A stretch of DNA of 64,000 nt from Botryllus schlosseri. Lineage: Eukaryota. The notes under the pieces were generated by a model. That model did no database searches and was not told where the DNA came from. It saw nothing but the letters and a program-made list of their open reading frames with translations. Location: positions 8,806,001-8,870,000 of the forward strand of contig CM119371.1 of NCBI GenBank assembly GCA_051294905.1, in the 5' to 3' direction. Shown here in pieces: positions 13,794 through 28,213 of the stretch (position 1 is the stretch's first letter; the number at the start of each line of letters is the position of its first letter). A program made the translations under genes and the position numbers.

Positions 13794-14137
13794 CACGCTA
13801 TGTATATTTGTCACTTTTATATCACCAAGTGCGGGATAAACTGACATCGTGCTCAATGCGACACCTTACTCATCGTCAAAGTGTCATAACGATGACCCTC
13901 GCGATGGAAATTTTTTAGTTGAACTTGATTTGATACTGGGACATGAATTTTCATTCAATGACTCGGGCGCACACTCTATTCGCCACATGGTTTCAGACAT
14001 CACTTGATGACAAAATAAGGAGTTTGGTTGAAATCAGAGAATGTCCTCCGACTATCAATCTCGTTTTGAAACGTCTGACTATGAATTTACAACTTGACCT
14101 CCCCTTCCATTTGACTATAGCATCGCTAATGTACTTG

Positions 14138-15125
14138 TAGGGATGGTGTGAACGTGAGGTTCACGTTCGCGTTCTGTATGTGAACCTCGGGAATTTAGAG
14201 GTTCGCGTTCACAACAGAACCTTGGTAGGTTCTGCACTGTGAACCTTTCTCATATATTGCAATTTTCACTTCATAATAACAGCTTTGGTTGAAATTTATT
14301 TCATTTCAACTGCGGGCCACTCTATGCATGGCTCTGACAGCATTCAAAATCAACACTAAACGAGCACTTTGGCAATCGCAAAAGTTTTACTTGCTTTGTT
14401 ACAAAAGTTTGCTCGAAATATCCAGCTTTCCGTTTGTGAATATTTAGTGACCCTCTGCTGTGAGCTAGACCCGCAATCACACATCATCACGAGCGACATA
14501 CGTAGTCAGCAGCGAATGATGCTTATTCAACCAATCGATGAGATTGATATCGTTTTTGATGTAAAAATGTAGCAGGCGTCAATTTTGACTTCATATCTTT
14601 ACTGCATCATTAATACCAAATCCATGCGATTTGAGGTGTTGGCTACGGCTGTATAATTTGTCGATGGGGTAATATCGGTAGCAAGTATAGGATCCCATTT
14701 TACACTCTGCTCAATGTCAATGTAGCAATACTCAGACGCCGAATAGGCCTACATTGTCCGGTCTGGCCTAGACCGTTAAGGCGAAGGCTTTTATTCCCTG
14801 GTAACTCTTCGTCGAAATTGTTGGCAAAGCGACGAAAGATATTGATTTTATGGGAGTATTATATCCTTTGATTTCCTTAGTTGATACATGTAGCTACGTT
14901 TAAAACGCCAATATGTACTTCAGCATTGTGGCATTATGTGGCCCGAGTCATCGCTAGGTATCGCGTACATTAATATAGGCTATCACTTCATTGAAAGACA
15001 GGGTTGGAATTAGCAATATGACGTCTCGTGACGTCATGAAGTTCACGATCGCGTTCACACAGAACCTTTTAAAAAGGTTCGCGTTCACACGAACCTGAAC
15101 CTTTCAGAGGTTCACACCATCCCTA
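14138..15125 (+). mobile_element. hAT-type MITE, family A, full length (~990 bp)
   Basis: TIRs tagggatggtgtgaac / gttcacaccatcccta; flanks gtacttg / gtacttag (TSD with a 1-nt indel). Confidence 0.9.
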
Positions 15126-16262
15126 GTACTTAGCCTATGCACGGGCGTGCTCATTACGGCACAAGGTATTGCCGATAGGTCTTGAAGCCCACTCGTCGGC
15201 TGCACTTCCTCGCGGTGCATCTCCAACTTGAACTCATTCATTCTGCGTACGTTTTGCCTGAGCGCGGCGTTTCTGATTGTTATTATTTGTTTCAGAGAGA
15301 AGCTTGGCTCAAATCAATCAGGACAAAGCAGATTATTCGATGTTTGCGCAATGCATCGTAACTACTACATCTGTTTTGGGGTGTATCATGATACAGGTTG
15401 TTGCCTTTATGTTCGGTGATGAAATTGATGATTTCAGGTTCTATTTCTATCGACTCGTCATCATTATCGGTTTAATTTTTGCTTTTGCAGCATCTATGCC
15501 ATTGTATTTTTTTATGTAAATATTACTACTTTCGTCGCGTATTACGTACGTCGCAGTGTGAGTCGTACCAGTAAACGGATGGAAATGGTAGTAAAAGATC
15601 AGGCTGTTTCGGATTGACACTCGGTAAAGTTGTAACTGAGAAATATGCTGATTGAGTTAAGGCATCGCGTTTCTTGCCATGTCAACGCAATTACTTTCTC
15701 CTATCTGAATAAATCCAATTATTTTTGTGTTAATATTTGGATACAGAAGATATCCGCGCACCTGCGTTCATTATATTTATCTCGCTGAATAGAAGATTGA
15801 GCAGGTGCTTTGTGTCGTGTAAATTGATTTGAGAAACAGCTTCCGGATAGAAATGTGTGTAACACGAAGTTTCGAGTATCCGAATACGGCATGACTGGAA
15901 ATATTTTGGTTCTGAATCGTGATCTGATCAGGAATTGTGATCTATCAATATCTTCAGATATCCTGAATGCAGTTACCTGACAGAAAATCCGTAAATTTCA
16001 CGGTTCATAAGTATGTCGTCTACCAACGATAACGTCGGTAAGCCGGTTGGAAAAGTCATTACTTATGGTGGCTTGAAATCCACCGAATCTCTACGTGTAG
16101 CTTAAACTGCTTATAGTCTACAACCGAAAATATCTATCGTTGGACAGCGCGAAATTTACTAGGAATTCCCGTATTCGAATTCAGATCCTTACTGGCTGAA
16201 TAAGAGGATTCAAATAGATGGTGAGTAGCGGATGAATACTTTCCTATGAAATCACTTTATAC

Positions 16263-17988
16263 CAGGGGTTCTCAACCTTTTTATCTTAGCGGACTCCTTT
16301 TGTACCGTGACGAACCCCACGGACCCCCTCCAGTTTTAGTTCAAATTTAGCTCAGTGACCATGCAACCTTCATCTGTCTTGCGCAAATATCAACTCTAGG
16401 TTAGTGATAAACAGCAACAAAATGACCGTCCTTGAAAACAATATCATACTATGTAGAAATATGGATATACTTTTCTTATTTCGAAGGGACCTCTGCTGCT
16501 GTATTTCTTATTTCTTGAAATATGTGATCGTGTCTTTTCACGCCTTCGATTTGATATGAACGAGTGCCGAAAATCTATTCCCGGGAAGGTAGCTGGCGGT
16601 TAATGTAATAATAACGACTGACGCATCCAACGACACCTTTGAGCACGATAGCAAGATATATAGCACCAAAATTTAAAGACAGATTTTTCAATGAAGTTAT
16701 CACTGCCATACTAGTCATTTGTATATAGAAGCTCATGTTCAAGATAATATGGAATTGTCGTTATGTATATCACAGGAAAAAATGGATTCCGTGAAGAGGT
16801 TTTAATCCCTTTTTTGAGACCGACTAGAAAAAATTATTTTTAACAAAGGTAGGCAGAATATCTTTAAACAGCAATATGTTTGTATCGGTAGGCTATTGGC
16901 AACTTGGAAATAAAATGAGTTTACACCAGGGGTGTCAAACATACGGCCCGCCACACGATTTTATCTGGCCCGCGATGCCATTCCGAGTAGATTGGAATAT
17001 GCTTGTATTATCCAGCACATTTGTCACAAATGTTGATTAGTTTGAAAAAAAAACACTTCCGTTAAATATTCCCCCAAGATAGCAATTATCGAATATGTTC
17101 ATAGGCCACATTATAATCACAAGACTACGGCGCTTTGGTTTCACACTTGTTACCACCGTAGGAACAAATCAGTGACATTGACACCCACTTTCGAAAAGGC
17201 AAAAAAGTGCACACTGAGTTGAGTTTTATGGAATAATGTACCAAAAAGTAGTTATTCACGCAAGCGAAAACGACAATGCCGGACCGTTATATGAAGTTTA
17301 CATGGACAATATATTATTTACACAAAAAAATATAATTCTAATATCAGTGCATGGTTGCGCTGCCGTATCATTTCGTACTCAAAAGGTCCCCGTAATCTAA
17401 AGAAACCTGAATCGTGATTAAATAACAATACAACAAATCCGAAAGTTCGCGTATTCCCCACAACTCTCACACATGGCTAACGCCAGAGTACGACTTAAGC
17501 AAAGGGAACATAGAAATAAGTGAACTTGTATCGTCGTTACCGCCACTGTTTTAGCAGCGGTTAATAAGTGTATTCAACCAGCGAATCATCATCATAAATT
17601 CAATTTGTCGCAAATAAAGGTGTGCTACTTGCTAGAATAAAGCCCATATGATCCGTGATACAATTGTAATATACTATCATCTATATATGCTTGGTAAGGA
17701 ATTGATCAAGTGAAAAGCAAAGCGTGTGGCCGGCGAGCATTTGTAAGGTTTGAATCCGGCCCGCGACGTAATTTGAGTTTGACACCCCTTGTTAACACAG
17801 TAGTATATTTGCTCTCATTCGGTAATTCTGTTGATGTGCTTACTGAAGCATTAGCAGTTTACAGCGAAACTGATTCGTGATTTCCCTAATTTAAAAAAGT
17901 TACGAATTCGTTTCCAATCATTTTGCAAATTTTGAGGTCTCGCTGGCCCCCTGAAAATGCTTCCGGGACCCCCGGTCGAGAACCACTG
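16263..17988 (-). mobile_element. hAT (Buster-type) deletion derivative, family E, with transposase C-terminal remnant
   Basis: TIRs caggggttctcaacc / ggtcgagaaccactg; perfect TSD CTTTATAC; minus-strand remnant SKVSLDASVVIITLTASYLPGNRFSALVHIKSKA (~16540-16640). Confidence 0.85.
16927..17790 (+). mobile_element. hAT-type MITE, family F, nested in 16263-17988
   Basis: caggggtgtcaaac / gtttgacacccctt; TSD gtttacac / gttaacac; homologous to 42233-42731. Confidence 0.85.
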
Positions 17989-18923
17989 CTTTATACCGTT
18001 TTAGCAATGATCCAAAAGTAGATGCTTCAAATTCGACCAAATCTAGAATTCGTCTCGTATCATGTCCAGATCCAAGTCACCTCCAGTCATGACTTATGTG
18101 TTCTAAATTTAACTTAGATGTTGTGCTTTACGGAATTCGATGTTCACGACCAATGATAAAACGTAACCGTATATAAAACTTCGGTTGTAATCGACCAAAA
18201 TTCTTTAGATGCGATTCGCTCTAATCCACATCCGTGCTCATTTCTTGCATGCGTGGAATTATTACTGCCCGCTGATGGTGCAAATTTATTGTCACGGAAA
18301 ACATTCTTAAACCTGTCCCGGTGATCGGCTATATCATGTAAGGTTGGTAATAGAGCATTCTTGTTTCAGAATAGAAGCATAAATTCAGTCTACTTTCAAT
18401 CAAGATGGCGTTGGTAATGGACCACGTTCCATCATGCACAACATTGCCAATGTAGATCACCAATTCTGTCAACTATTTTGCATGGAATTGTGTGGTTTGG
18501 GGTTGCAGATTACGATGGTGGCATTTGAATATGCATATCGTTATGACTCGACTTTGAAGTAACTGACAGAGTTTGTCAGAAACAAAGAACATAATTTTTT
18601 TTCGATTACGCAAGTATCGGTTTTGACTAACTTGTACTACTCACTCAAGAGGTTTTTTATTTCGACTATACTCCCACTACTAATTTGTAGACAGAGCTAC
18701 TTCCTTCAGATACGGTGGATTTTATGATGTAGAAAGTACTTTTGGGATAGACTCCGCCATAGTTATAAGTGAAATTATGCGGTAAATTCCGTCAAAGAGT
18801 CCCCGTATCGCGGAAATTGAAGATATTCCAGATAACTCCACCTATTCGACGTGTCATTGGTCATTTCGCGTCAGTCGCGAAGATGCCCGTACACTTTCCA
18901 AGCTTGCCAACTACGATATAATG

Positions 18924-21560
18924 CAGGGGTGGGCAATTATTTTCCTCCACGGGCCAAATGAAAGAAAATAAATACGTTGGCTTGTCGAGTGAAAAAATTA
19001 GCTATATTCTCCAGCGGATTTGTTTCTAAATTACATTGTTAATAAATGCTGCTCAGTGAAAGTGTTGATATTGAGTAATTAGAAAGTGACTGTTAATTAA
19101 AAATATCGATTAGCTGTCATGATTCGAAACAATGTTAAACATGATACATTTTAGCTCTCTTTAAACCCCTATCCACGTTCTTCTATTAGGACTCAAAAAC
19201 AGTGGCTCTCAAACTTTTTTAGGCACGCCTCGCTTGATGATAGTGAACAATTTCGCGCCCACTTATCATGATATCACAAAATATTAAAAGACCAACCAGA
19301 ATGCCAGAGGTGATCAGTAACGAAGTACTTCTACTTTTTCGAAGTACTCAAGTAGTTTTTCTCTACTTCTGGTACTTACTCAAGTAGATCTGATTTTCAC
19401 TACTTCTACTTCGTACTATTTTGTGATCTACTTACTTACTTTTCGCTATTTTCAGTTTGTCAAGTAGAAGTAGTTCAATCTTCCAATCAGGAAGATACCC
19501 TGAAGAATTTCGGGGCTGTTGTCACGGAGTATCAACATTTAATTTTCATAAAAGTTTAGTGAAGCCCAAAATTTTCGTCGCGCTTCGCGCGCAGTGCTGG
19601 TTACGGAGTGACCGGTATGATTTCACGAAAGTATCGGTGAATCTAATTTAGGTAGAGGGTTGGCGTGGTTCCGTTCATACCACATTGTCGCCCTTCGTCC
19701 ATATCAAATAATTCATCACAGTATATAACGTTTGAAACTGATGTTTCGCAATCTAGCATTTACTTGTCATATCGTAATCTAGCATGACCATGGCGTGTCC
19801 AGATCTGGAAAAGTGGACTCTGACTTTTTTTTAGTTTTAGAGCTGTTTTAGCATACAACCTTCGAAAATTTCCGGACTAAAAACATGAAATGCATGTTCT
19901 GGTTTTAGAAGTAGTATTTATATTTCACTTTCAATTCCCAGTATCATATACTTTGAGTTATAATTATTATCAGGTCTTTTGTCTGTATAACATACATGTG
20001 GAAGTATAAAAGCAAGTGTAGTAATGCCTTTAATTTCTGGAAATAAAGCTACACAATATGGCATTGTTACGGTCCAATATAATTTTTATTTACGTTTACT
20101 AATCGCGCAAAGTGTTTACACCGTATCCTATACAACTTTGTCTCCGTATTGCTCTTCGACTAAACTGCGAGCCTTATATTATGGGGAACGGCGCCATACC
20201 ATACTATTTTCTAAAACGCGCTGTTCGAGAAAACGGAGGATTAGCATCGCATTTCCATATCAATACTATCATTTTCATCCCATGATGTGGACGAATACTT
20301 ATGCTAGCGAAAATTGGATACCTGCTAGTATGCATCAATATGAATCAAGATCGTCACCTATCGCATAGTTCAACTTGCACCTTTTTACAGTCCATGTGAA
20401 CGAATTAGGATCGTTTTCATAACTACTTTCTTACTTGAGTACTTTTAAAGTCAGTCAATTCTACTTCTACTTCAAGTACTTTTAGGCTGCTTATGGAATA
20501 AGTACTTCTACTCGTACATGAGTAGATTTTTTCGTCGCTATTTCTACTTCTACTTCAGTAGATTTCTTGACTACTTTGACCGCCTCTGCTAGCAATCTCA
20601 ACGGATAGTTGGATGGCATGCAAGATTATGGCTGTTGATGAGAGAATTGTGCAATATCAAAGTCGGACAATAGACAGAGCGACAACTATAAGCTGGTGGT
20701 ATATCGCACGGAGCGCGAAAGATTTTTTGAACAAACTCCGGCTTCGCACCACCCTTCTGATGTTTTCACGTCTCCCAGTTCGAGAATCACTACACTGAAA
20801 TATATGTGCATTAGTACCAACCTTATTTTCTTGGTCGCTGCCCTCCGAGTAGTGTGCAGCTTAAATAGCCTTGTTGAGCGAAGCTTGCAGTTTTTCTGAC
20901 TTCGCCCTCCCTTGACCTAGTGTTTCGTGCTTTTTTCATAAGATCGACTTTAATTAAAATCCTTGATCTCGGCGACATGATCGGCAAAAACTGAAAGGAT
21001 GGGTTCACCCCTGACTCCAGTATGCGAATATTTTATGCTCAAAATTCTAAACCTTCATTGAATTTCAGTTTTCGACTTTCTTTTTTGGCATGCCCGTTAA
21101 TCCTTTATGGGTGATAGCAGGGATATCTAGATACGATGAGTTATATATAGTAATCGCGAGCACTGACTGACTTACGAATTAGGGATTCGGAAACATATCA
21201 CGTCACAAATTGAAACACACCGTATATACTGCGTAATGTGACAATGTCAACAAGGAAGGTTTGAACTAAATTATATGGAAAGAGTGATTTCTAGTGACTT
21301 CAATTGCTACTCATATTTTGCCACATTGCCTTTATTTTGAATCTGGATTACACATGCCAGGTACGTAGAAAGCGTAGTCGTACCATATGTATGAACATGT
21401 TTCAAAGTAAACGAATTTCCTGTTCATTTGATACAGCCAATGGGTTTTAGTCATCCCAAAAGCAATTTTTAGGTTTTGAATTCCAAGCAACCTTGCGTGG
21501 GCCGCACAGAATAACTTCGCGGGCCGCATTTGGTCCGCGGGCCGCGCTTTGCCAGGTCTG
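18924..21560. mobile_element. hAT-type element with nested insertions
   Basis: caggggtgggcaa...cgggcc start and gcgggccgcatttggtccgcgggccgcgctttgccaggtctg end; flanks atataatg / atgaaatg (6/8). Confidence 0.55.
19305..20588 (+). mobile_element. hAT-type MITE, family H, long copy
   Basis: cagaggtgatcagtaacgaagtacttctact ... ctactttgaccgcctctg; CTACTT arrays at both ends. Confidence 0.75.
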
Positions 21561-21599
21561 ATGAAATGCTAAGAGTATTTGACCCCACGACCATATAAA

Positions 21600-22480
21600 C
21601 TATTTTGAAACAACTTTATTGAATACTTTTTAGATCTTCATTTTCAATTTCTGCAAGATGTAGTTTGAACCAGTATGTGAAATTGCTTCTTCTATCTGTA
21701 AATAAGTAGACGTTCAGGGCGTTATTCATACATCTAACTGAGTAAAAACGCTGACTACTTTGACAACCTGTCAATCTTTTGACTTACGTAGGATAGTATT
21801 TGCACTCAATCCTTGTCACGGTTATTCACACCTCCTTGCAGAAAAAGACGTATGTATATCCTGTGAATTTGAAAGCTGCCACGTGGTTTGTACCTAAATA
21901 ATTTCGCTGTGGAATTTTTTGATATTATTAAAAAACCGATGAAGTTGCGCATACTTGAACATGGTGGTATTTTACCATACTGTGACGAAAATTGCTTTTA
22001 CTAATATCTGAATGACATATTTCAACTTGAGGTCGTGTCCGAGAGGACTGCTGCAAAAGAGATATCTAGTTCGTCCATTTCTGCATGGTTGGATACAGCG
22101 TTGGCAACATTTGAAAAGGAGCTTTGTGACAGGACTGAATTTACTATTACAAGTAGGTGGATTATTCGATATTTTTAGAAGGGAATATTTCGGACTCTGC
22201 AATTATACTGACAAATTAGGCGTACCGGTACAACCGTTTAATTACAACGTGGTGAGAAATGAAACACACGTTCTACAAAAGTTTATCAGGAATTATTATA
22301 TCGTTAGCCTGACTATCGACTTTGAATTATATATGACTGTGCCTTCAGACAGCCTGACAGCATCGTTTTCTAACCCAAAACCAGCAGTTACCGTGTATAG
22401 TGCAATACAATTCGAAATGAAATTGGACGGTTCTCAAGCTTAACGCTATTACTACTGATACTCGGCAGACTCATGTTTTG
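21600..22480 (-). pseudogene. Decayed LRR / LRR C-terminal-cap gene remnant (TLR-like)
   Basis: Minus-strand KYSLLKISNNPPTCNSK...YLFCSSPLGHDL (ORF 21972-22202) fits LRRCT NPxxCxC...CxxP spacing, preceded by LRR-like IIIPDKLL..FLTTL. Confidence 0.3.
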
Positions 22481-22965
22481 TGTGTCGCTGTCCGCGTTAA
22501 CTGCATTGCATTCCAGTCCCCGCATTCCATTTCACAAACTCATGTTCGATCGAACGTGGAGCACATATAGCAATCGTAAAATCTCACAAGTGGGTGGAAT
22601 TCACTTTGCTGAGCTGCGTTTAAAAGGCGCGTAACCGATAGTTCACATGGACAACGCGGAGGCCGTATATCGCATGGTCAGAAATATGACATGACTATAA
22701 ACTAGCTATGTTAAACCTTTTTTCATGACATGACCCAATTCGAATCTGTTCCACGGCCGTGGTGTTGTACGGGATATTTGAAATTAAAATATAAACCACA
22801 CGCACCAGTGGAGCACTGCGTGAAACGAAATATTGTAGTGTGCTGTGGAATATCTGGGAAATATCGCTCTATGGAAGAGGAAATATTTCGTGGACAACGC
22901 GTCGAGGCAGGTCAATCGTACAAACAACGTTCGCGTCCGAATCAGTTGGTTCAATTAATGTATTG

Positions 22966-23322
22966 TATGGTTACCATACGTCCTGATTTAGGAGGATTTG
23001 TCCTCCTTTTCGTTTTTTTTAAATGTTCTCCTTCACAGCTTTTTCATATAGGATAATGGACAGGTTCAACCGAAAATCGGCATAAATGATGGTAATATGG
23101 CAGTTTGAGCGGGAATTCGATGTGCGAATGAAAGTGACCATCTTTTTTAGTTAACACCACTAAATTTAAGTAAAAAGCGGGTGAATTTGGAGTCGAATGA
23201 AAGTGATGACCTTTTTTTAATCAACTCAACAAATTTTCCAGTAAATATTGCACTTGATCGAGTAACTTTTACAATTTGGCAGAAATTCCCTCCTTTCCCG
23301 ATTCCGAAATATGGTAACCCTA
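22966..23322. mobile_element. hAT-type MITE, family L
   Basis: tatggttaccatacgtcc ... aaatatggtaacccta; tgtattg on both flanks. Confidence 0.7.
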
Positions 23323-23961
23323 TGTATTGCCATATGCGCGGAGTGAGGTTGGCTTTATCTTCCTGTTTGGTGGTCTTTCTAATAGGGATGGTGTGAACTT
23401 GAGGTTCACTTTTGCGTTCTGTGTGTGAACCTCAGATATTTAGAGTTTCACGTTCACAAACGAACCTGGGTAGGTTCTGCACTGTGAACCTTTTTCATAT
23501 ATTACAATTTTCACTTCAATATAATATCTTTGGTTGAAATTCACTGCATTTCAACTGCATGCCATCACTCTATGCATGGCACTGGCAGCATAAAAAATCA
23601 ACACCAAACGAGCATGCACCTTGACAATCTCAAAATTTTTAATTTATTTGTTACTAACGTTTGCTCGAAATATCCAGCTTTCCTATTGTGGATATGTACT
23701 GACTGCCCGCTGTGCAGGGCATGGTTTGGTATGGTATGGTATAGATCGATATTTTGGTATGTTATGGAAGATTTTAATCTATGGTATGGAACGACATTTC
23801 CATACTTCCATACTTTGGTGTTTTATATATTTTATCGTGATCTGTGCAAGCTTCAAGAAGCGTACGTTGTTCGCTGTTCACGGAATATTATCGCTTTTGT
23901 TATGTGTGAACGTGAACTGTTGAACGCTGTGTAGGATAAATTACGCACTTGTGCTACACTG

Positions 23962-24647
23962 CAGGGCTGGCCAACCTTTTCGACCAAAGGGCCACATTCG
24001 ATTGACGAATTTTTGCCCGGGCCACTATCCGCGCGAAGCGCGAAAAGTTTTTGAAGTTCATAGGTCAATAATATTGTCATTTGTCTATATTGCGGGCCTG
24101 CTGTATATTGCTGGGCTATGTTTGCGAGGACTTGGCTATTCGGCGCATGGACATATCGATATCGAAAGCTGCGACCAACATGCGTCAATCATTTCGTGCC
24201 TATAGGTTTCATAGTCGACGGTCTTACTGCGAGCGCAAATGCAAGGTCGCATATGTTGAACGACACTTTGTCTCGTAATCGCGAATATAGCTAGACTCAA
24301 TCTGATACATTAGGTGTTCTTCCATTTTCACAAAAAGGCAACAATATTAAAAACAAGAAATCGAGTGACAACATTTTGCGCTAAGCTTGTAGAAAATGTT
24401 TACCTTTGATAAATCAATCGCAAATTATTCTGCTTTATTGTAGTGTACGAAGATATACCAATATGTGAATGGCTGATGGATCTGTCAATGCGTCGGAACT
24501 GATATTTTAGTCATCACATCTCAAGTGTTGCGGCCAGACTAATCCAAATTTTGGTTGGCCTTGCAAGTTCGCAATCTGTGCAATCCATTTTTGATGATAT
24601 TAGAAATTTCGGAAATTATCCCACGGGCCACGGGTTGGCCGGCCCTG
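23962..24647. mobile_element. hAT-type MITE nested in family B
   Basis: cagggctggccaacc / ggttggccggccctg; flanks tgctacac(tg) / tgctacag. Confidence 0.75.
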
Positions 24648-25199
24648 TGCTACAGTTTAACGAGCACTTGGAATGACATGATTTTGTGATGTAATAATGA
24701 CAACACTAATGTTGATCCGACATTCTATTGAGTCTAGACACGACGTCTCCGAGCATAGTCTATCATGTGACGCAATAATTGGTAATGTTGGCTACTCCAA
24801 CTACCTCATTCCTTGAGTGACGAGAGCTTACAAGCAATCATGATGCAACGTAGTTAATGCTCAATGTGATTGATACATAATTACATTTCTTCTGAACATT
24901 ATCCGGACATTTATACTATTTACATACCGAGCTATCTTATTGGTCATATCTCAAACGCTCTCGCATCAGGATCATAGATCAGGGAGTGAAGTAGATCTAG
25001 TTTGAAATTCTCGCCACACCCCACAGTAACCCCAACCAAATACTGTACTAATAATCACGCAGATCGCCGCAGTATTGATCGCCTGCAGCTGGGATATTTT
25101 ATGGGTGCGCCTATATTATAAAGTATTTTTCGAGTATTTACTTCAAACTTGCATGTGCCTCAAGCCAATGTACCGGAAATGCGCTGATATCTTATGGAG

Positions 25200-25751
25200 C
25201 AGGGGCGTGCAACTTATCTAGTCGGCAAGCCGGATATAGGAAAATTAAGTACTTGGCGGGCCGGATTGCTGAATGGATAAAGGAATGAATCGTATTTATT
25301 GATTGTATTTTATCGGCAGATATGTCACTTCAAAGCCATTTCTCGCCAATAATGAAAATACAATGTGGATTTGAGAACAGCATTGTCATACAGGTGCCGT
25401 CATGTCTGCTTCTCTCTGATTACTAACTCACAGTGCAATCCTCAATTAAGATTTCAAAGCGTTTGATAACCCCTTTACCCAAAATGTACCAAGATATCAA
25501 TTCATTATGGTTGAGTACATCATAAATGCCGATAATGAAAGTCTTCTCGCTTCCAAGAACTTACCCCTAAGCTCCACTGTCGCGCAGTGCGCAGACCTAT
25601 ATAATAACATGCAGTCACTAAAATCTGATGTTTAGGCAACTAGTGGGGAATCTCGGCAGATTGGGGTCGCGGGCCACATGATCATGTAAGACGGGAAACT
25701 GTCCGCGGGCCGGACAAAATCTCGTTGCGGGTCGTATGTTGCCAGTCCCTT
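25200..25751. mobile_element. hAT-type MITE nested in family B
   Basis: caggggcgtgcaac / gttgccagtccctt with GCGGGCC subterminal motifs; flanks ttatggag / ttgtggac. Confidence 0.6.
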
Positions 25752-26792
25752 TTGTGGACATTCCTAGATAATAATCTCTTGTGTATCTCATTTTGCTCGC
25801 GGAAGCTGTCGAGTAGAGGTCCACGGCACATCACCACTGTGAACTAAACCTCACCAAAACAGACTCTGTAAAACTATTGCAAGGAGTTGGATTCGCATCA
25901 TGGCTAGTTTAGGCAATAACGACATCCGAAATATCAATAATATAGGTGCTATGTACTATACTTATGTTATTGAAGTATTTGAAAGTATGGAATATGTATC
26001 AAATATGGTATGGAACAATGTTGGTATGGTATGGAAAATTGCAAGTATGGTATGGAGAGAGTAAGGCAAGTATGGAATATGGAAAATTATCGTTCCATAC
26101 CATACCATAACATGCCCTGCCGCTGTGAGCTTGACCCGAAACCACACAACATCAAGAGCGAAATACACGACATGTAGTCAGCGAATGATGCTTATTCAAC
26201 CAATCATTGAGTTTGATATCGTTGTCTGATGTATAAAATCTAGCAGGCGTACGGAGTCAATCAATTGACTTCATATTTTTATTGTAAAATCAAAACTAAA
26301 TCCATGCAATTGGGGTGTTATAGCTACTGCTGTATAATTTTTAATGGGGTAGCCTAATATCGGTAGCAAGAAAGTATATAGAAACCTGTTTTACGTTCTG
26401 CTCAACATCAACGTAGCAATACTCAGACGCCGAATGCATTGTCCGGTCGGACCTACACCGTTAAGACGTAAGCTTATATTCCGTTGCAAGTCCTCGTCGA
26501 AAGTGTTGGCAAACCGAAGGAAAATATTGAATTAATGGGAATATTGTATCATATGATAGCCCTAGTTGATACATTCGGCGACGCTTAAAACGTCAAAGTG
26601 TACTTCAGCATTGTGGCATTATGTGGCCCGACTCCTCGCTATATCGTTTACATGAATATAGGCTATCACTTCACTGAAATGTAGGTTTGAAATGAGCAAT
26701 ATGACGTCACGTGACGTCATGAAGTTCACTTTCGCGTTCACACAGAACTTTTCAAAAAGGTTCGCGTTCACACGAACCTGAACCTTCTAGAG

Positions 26793-28213
26793 CAGCGGTT
26801 CTCAACCGGGGGTCCGCGGACCCCTAGGGGTCCGCGAAGCAATTTCAGGGGGTCCGCGAGACCTCTAAATTTTTAAAAACCTAATTTTTATTATATTTTT
26901 CAATTTGAGAAAGCATGAGGCAGTTTCGCACCACAGCTGCTAAAACCTCATGACTCATATCATCATAATAATCGTCTGACATGAACTATCGTAGTGTTGA
27001 AACTCATTTCCATTGCCAGTTTTCCAATAACCTGCTGATACAAACATTTTGTTGTTTATAGACGTTTTATTGGGGTTTGTGGAAAAAATTAAGATATGGG
27101 GAATGGGGATAGTAACGTCAATCAGGGTGACTTCGTAATGTCTGCGAAACCTTCTCTATTTGAAGTTGACAGTCTCATCAAATTAGTGAATAGTCGTTTG
27201 AAATAAAAATTTCCGAAGTATTTCCATAATTTGTCCCAATGCAGGGAACAGCTTCTTGGAGGTACAGAAGTTTATTATACAATTGAATAGTATATTCATA
27301 TTGAAATGAACCCGAATATTTTCGGCTGACAATCGTCATAAATCGGACAATGATATATCTGCTCTTAAAGCTCGGCTATCAGATTTTACGCATTCTTATT
27401 GCGGATGCCCTATCGACAAGGCTGATTTTTTGATGAACAAGGAGTGTTTCGTTGCTATCAAGGCATTACGCTCCAACCCTTAAATTCATATCACCGGTTA
27501 TATTGGTATAAAGCCTTGTCTTGTTAATGTTCAATTGTTCATGGTCGAAAATGTTTGCTCGTAAATATATGTAAACCAGAACAGAACAAGGCGTCTCATG
27601 ACATTCTTTCTCTGGTTGAAAAACTTGAATCCGTTCTTTGGAGCATAAAATTTGTCCATACTTTAGATTAGGGTTTCACTTGGACGGTAAAAACTCTCTG
27701 CGAAGCGATGACAATGCCGTCGCGGGCCGAATCCGGACAGCGGTCCGTATGTTGCCCGTCCCTGCGCTAGATGCTGGACGTGATATGTTCATAAAATATG
27801 TGTTTCTTCATTTTGGTGCCATAAATGTTGCGATCACACCAAAAGTATCGTCGGAAGCGTTATGTGTTAATATTGCATTAGCCTCCACCTATCTTTGCTG
27901 AAATGGGTTTCGGCACTCCTCTTTCATATCAAAACGAAGACGCGGATTTTCAAGACACGACCACGTACTTCAAGAACTACAGCAGCAAAATTAGCTTTGA
28001 AATATTAAAAGTCCACCAATTTCTACATAAATAGTATGAAGTTATCTTCAAGAAAAATCATTATTTTGCTGTTTATCACAAGTTCATATTTACACAAGAC
28101 AGATGAAAGTTGCACCACAATAGAGCTGAAATTGAACTAAAACCTGAGGGGGTCCGCGAGGGTCTGTGACGGTCAAAAGGGGTCCGCGAAGTCAAAAAGG
28201 TTGAGAACCACTG
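26793..28213 (+). mobile_element. hAT (Buster-type) derivative, family E, nested in family A
   Basis: cagcggttctcaacc / ggttgagaaccactg; perfect TSD TTCTAGAG; C-terminal transposase remnant PKVSSEALCVNIALASTYLC*NGF...IKTKTR (27839-27945). Confidence 0.9.
27340..27495 (+). mobile_element. Penelope-like retroelement fragment
   Basis: Translates ISALKARLSDFTHSYCGCPIDKADFLMNKECFVAIKALRSNP*IHIT, resembling the segment that precedes the KxDKG motif of Penelope reverse transcriptases. Confidence 0.5.

Larger units (their letters stand above)
12550..16100 (+). pseudogene. Decayed LRR-TM-TIR (TLR-like) remnant interrupted by two MITEs
   Basis: LRR-like TYSLYSSTQISKFQQHDF (13381-13435), hydrophobic segments at 15240-15520, TIR-box-2-like ILVLNRDLI...DILNAVT*QKIRKF (15900-15998). 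Confidence 0.3.
23715..26119. mobile_element. hAT-type element, family B (CAGGGCATG termini, GGTAT repeats), nested in family A
   Basis: cagggcatggtttggtatggtatgg / ccataccataacatgccctg; perfect TSD CCGCTGTG. Confidence 0.9.

Noticed and set aside
19200..21013. Possible additional hAT element (cagtggctctcaaac ... gttcacccctg)
   Set aside because: The ends match poorly and there is no convincing TSD, so the boundaries are unsupported.
22012..22443. 143-aa plus-strand ORF
   Set aside because: No recognisable motifs; the opposite strand has LRR-like remnants that explain the region better.
23530..24278. Cluster of overlapping 65-134 aa ORFs
   Set aside because: They cross junctions between nested MITEs and are chance frames.
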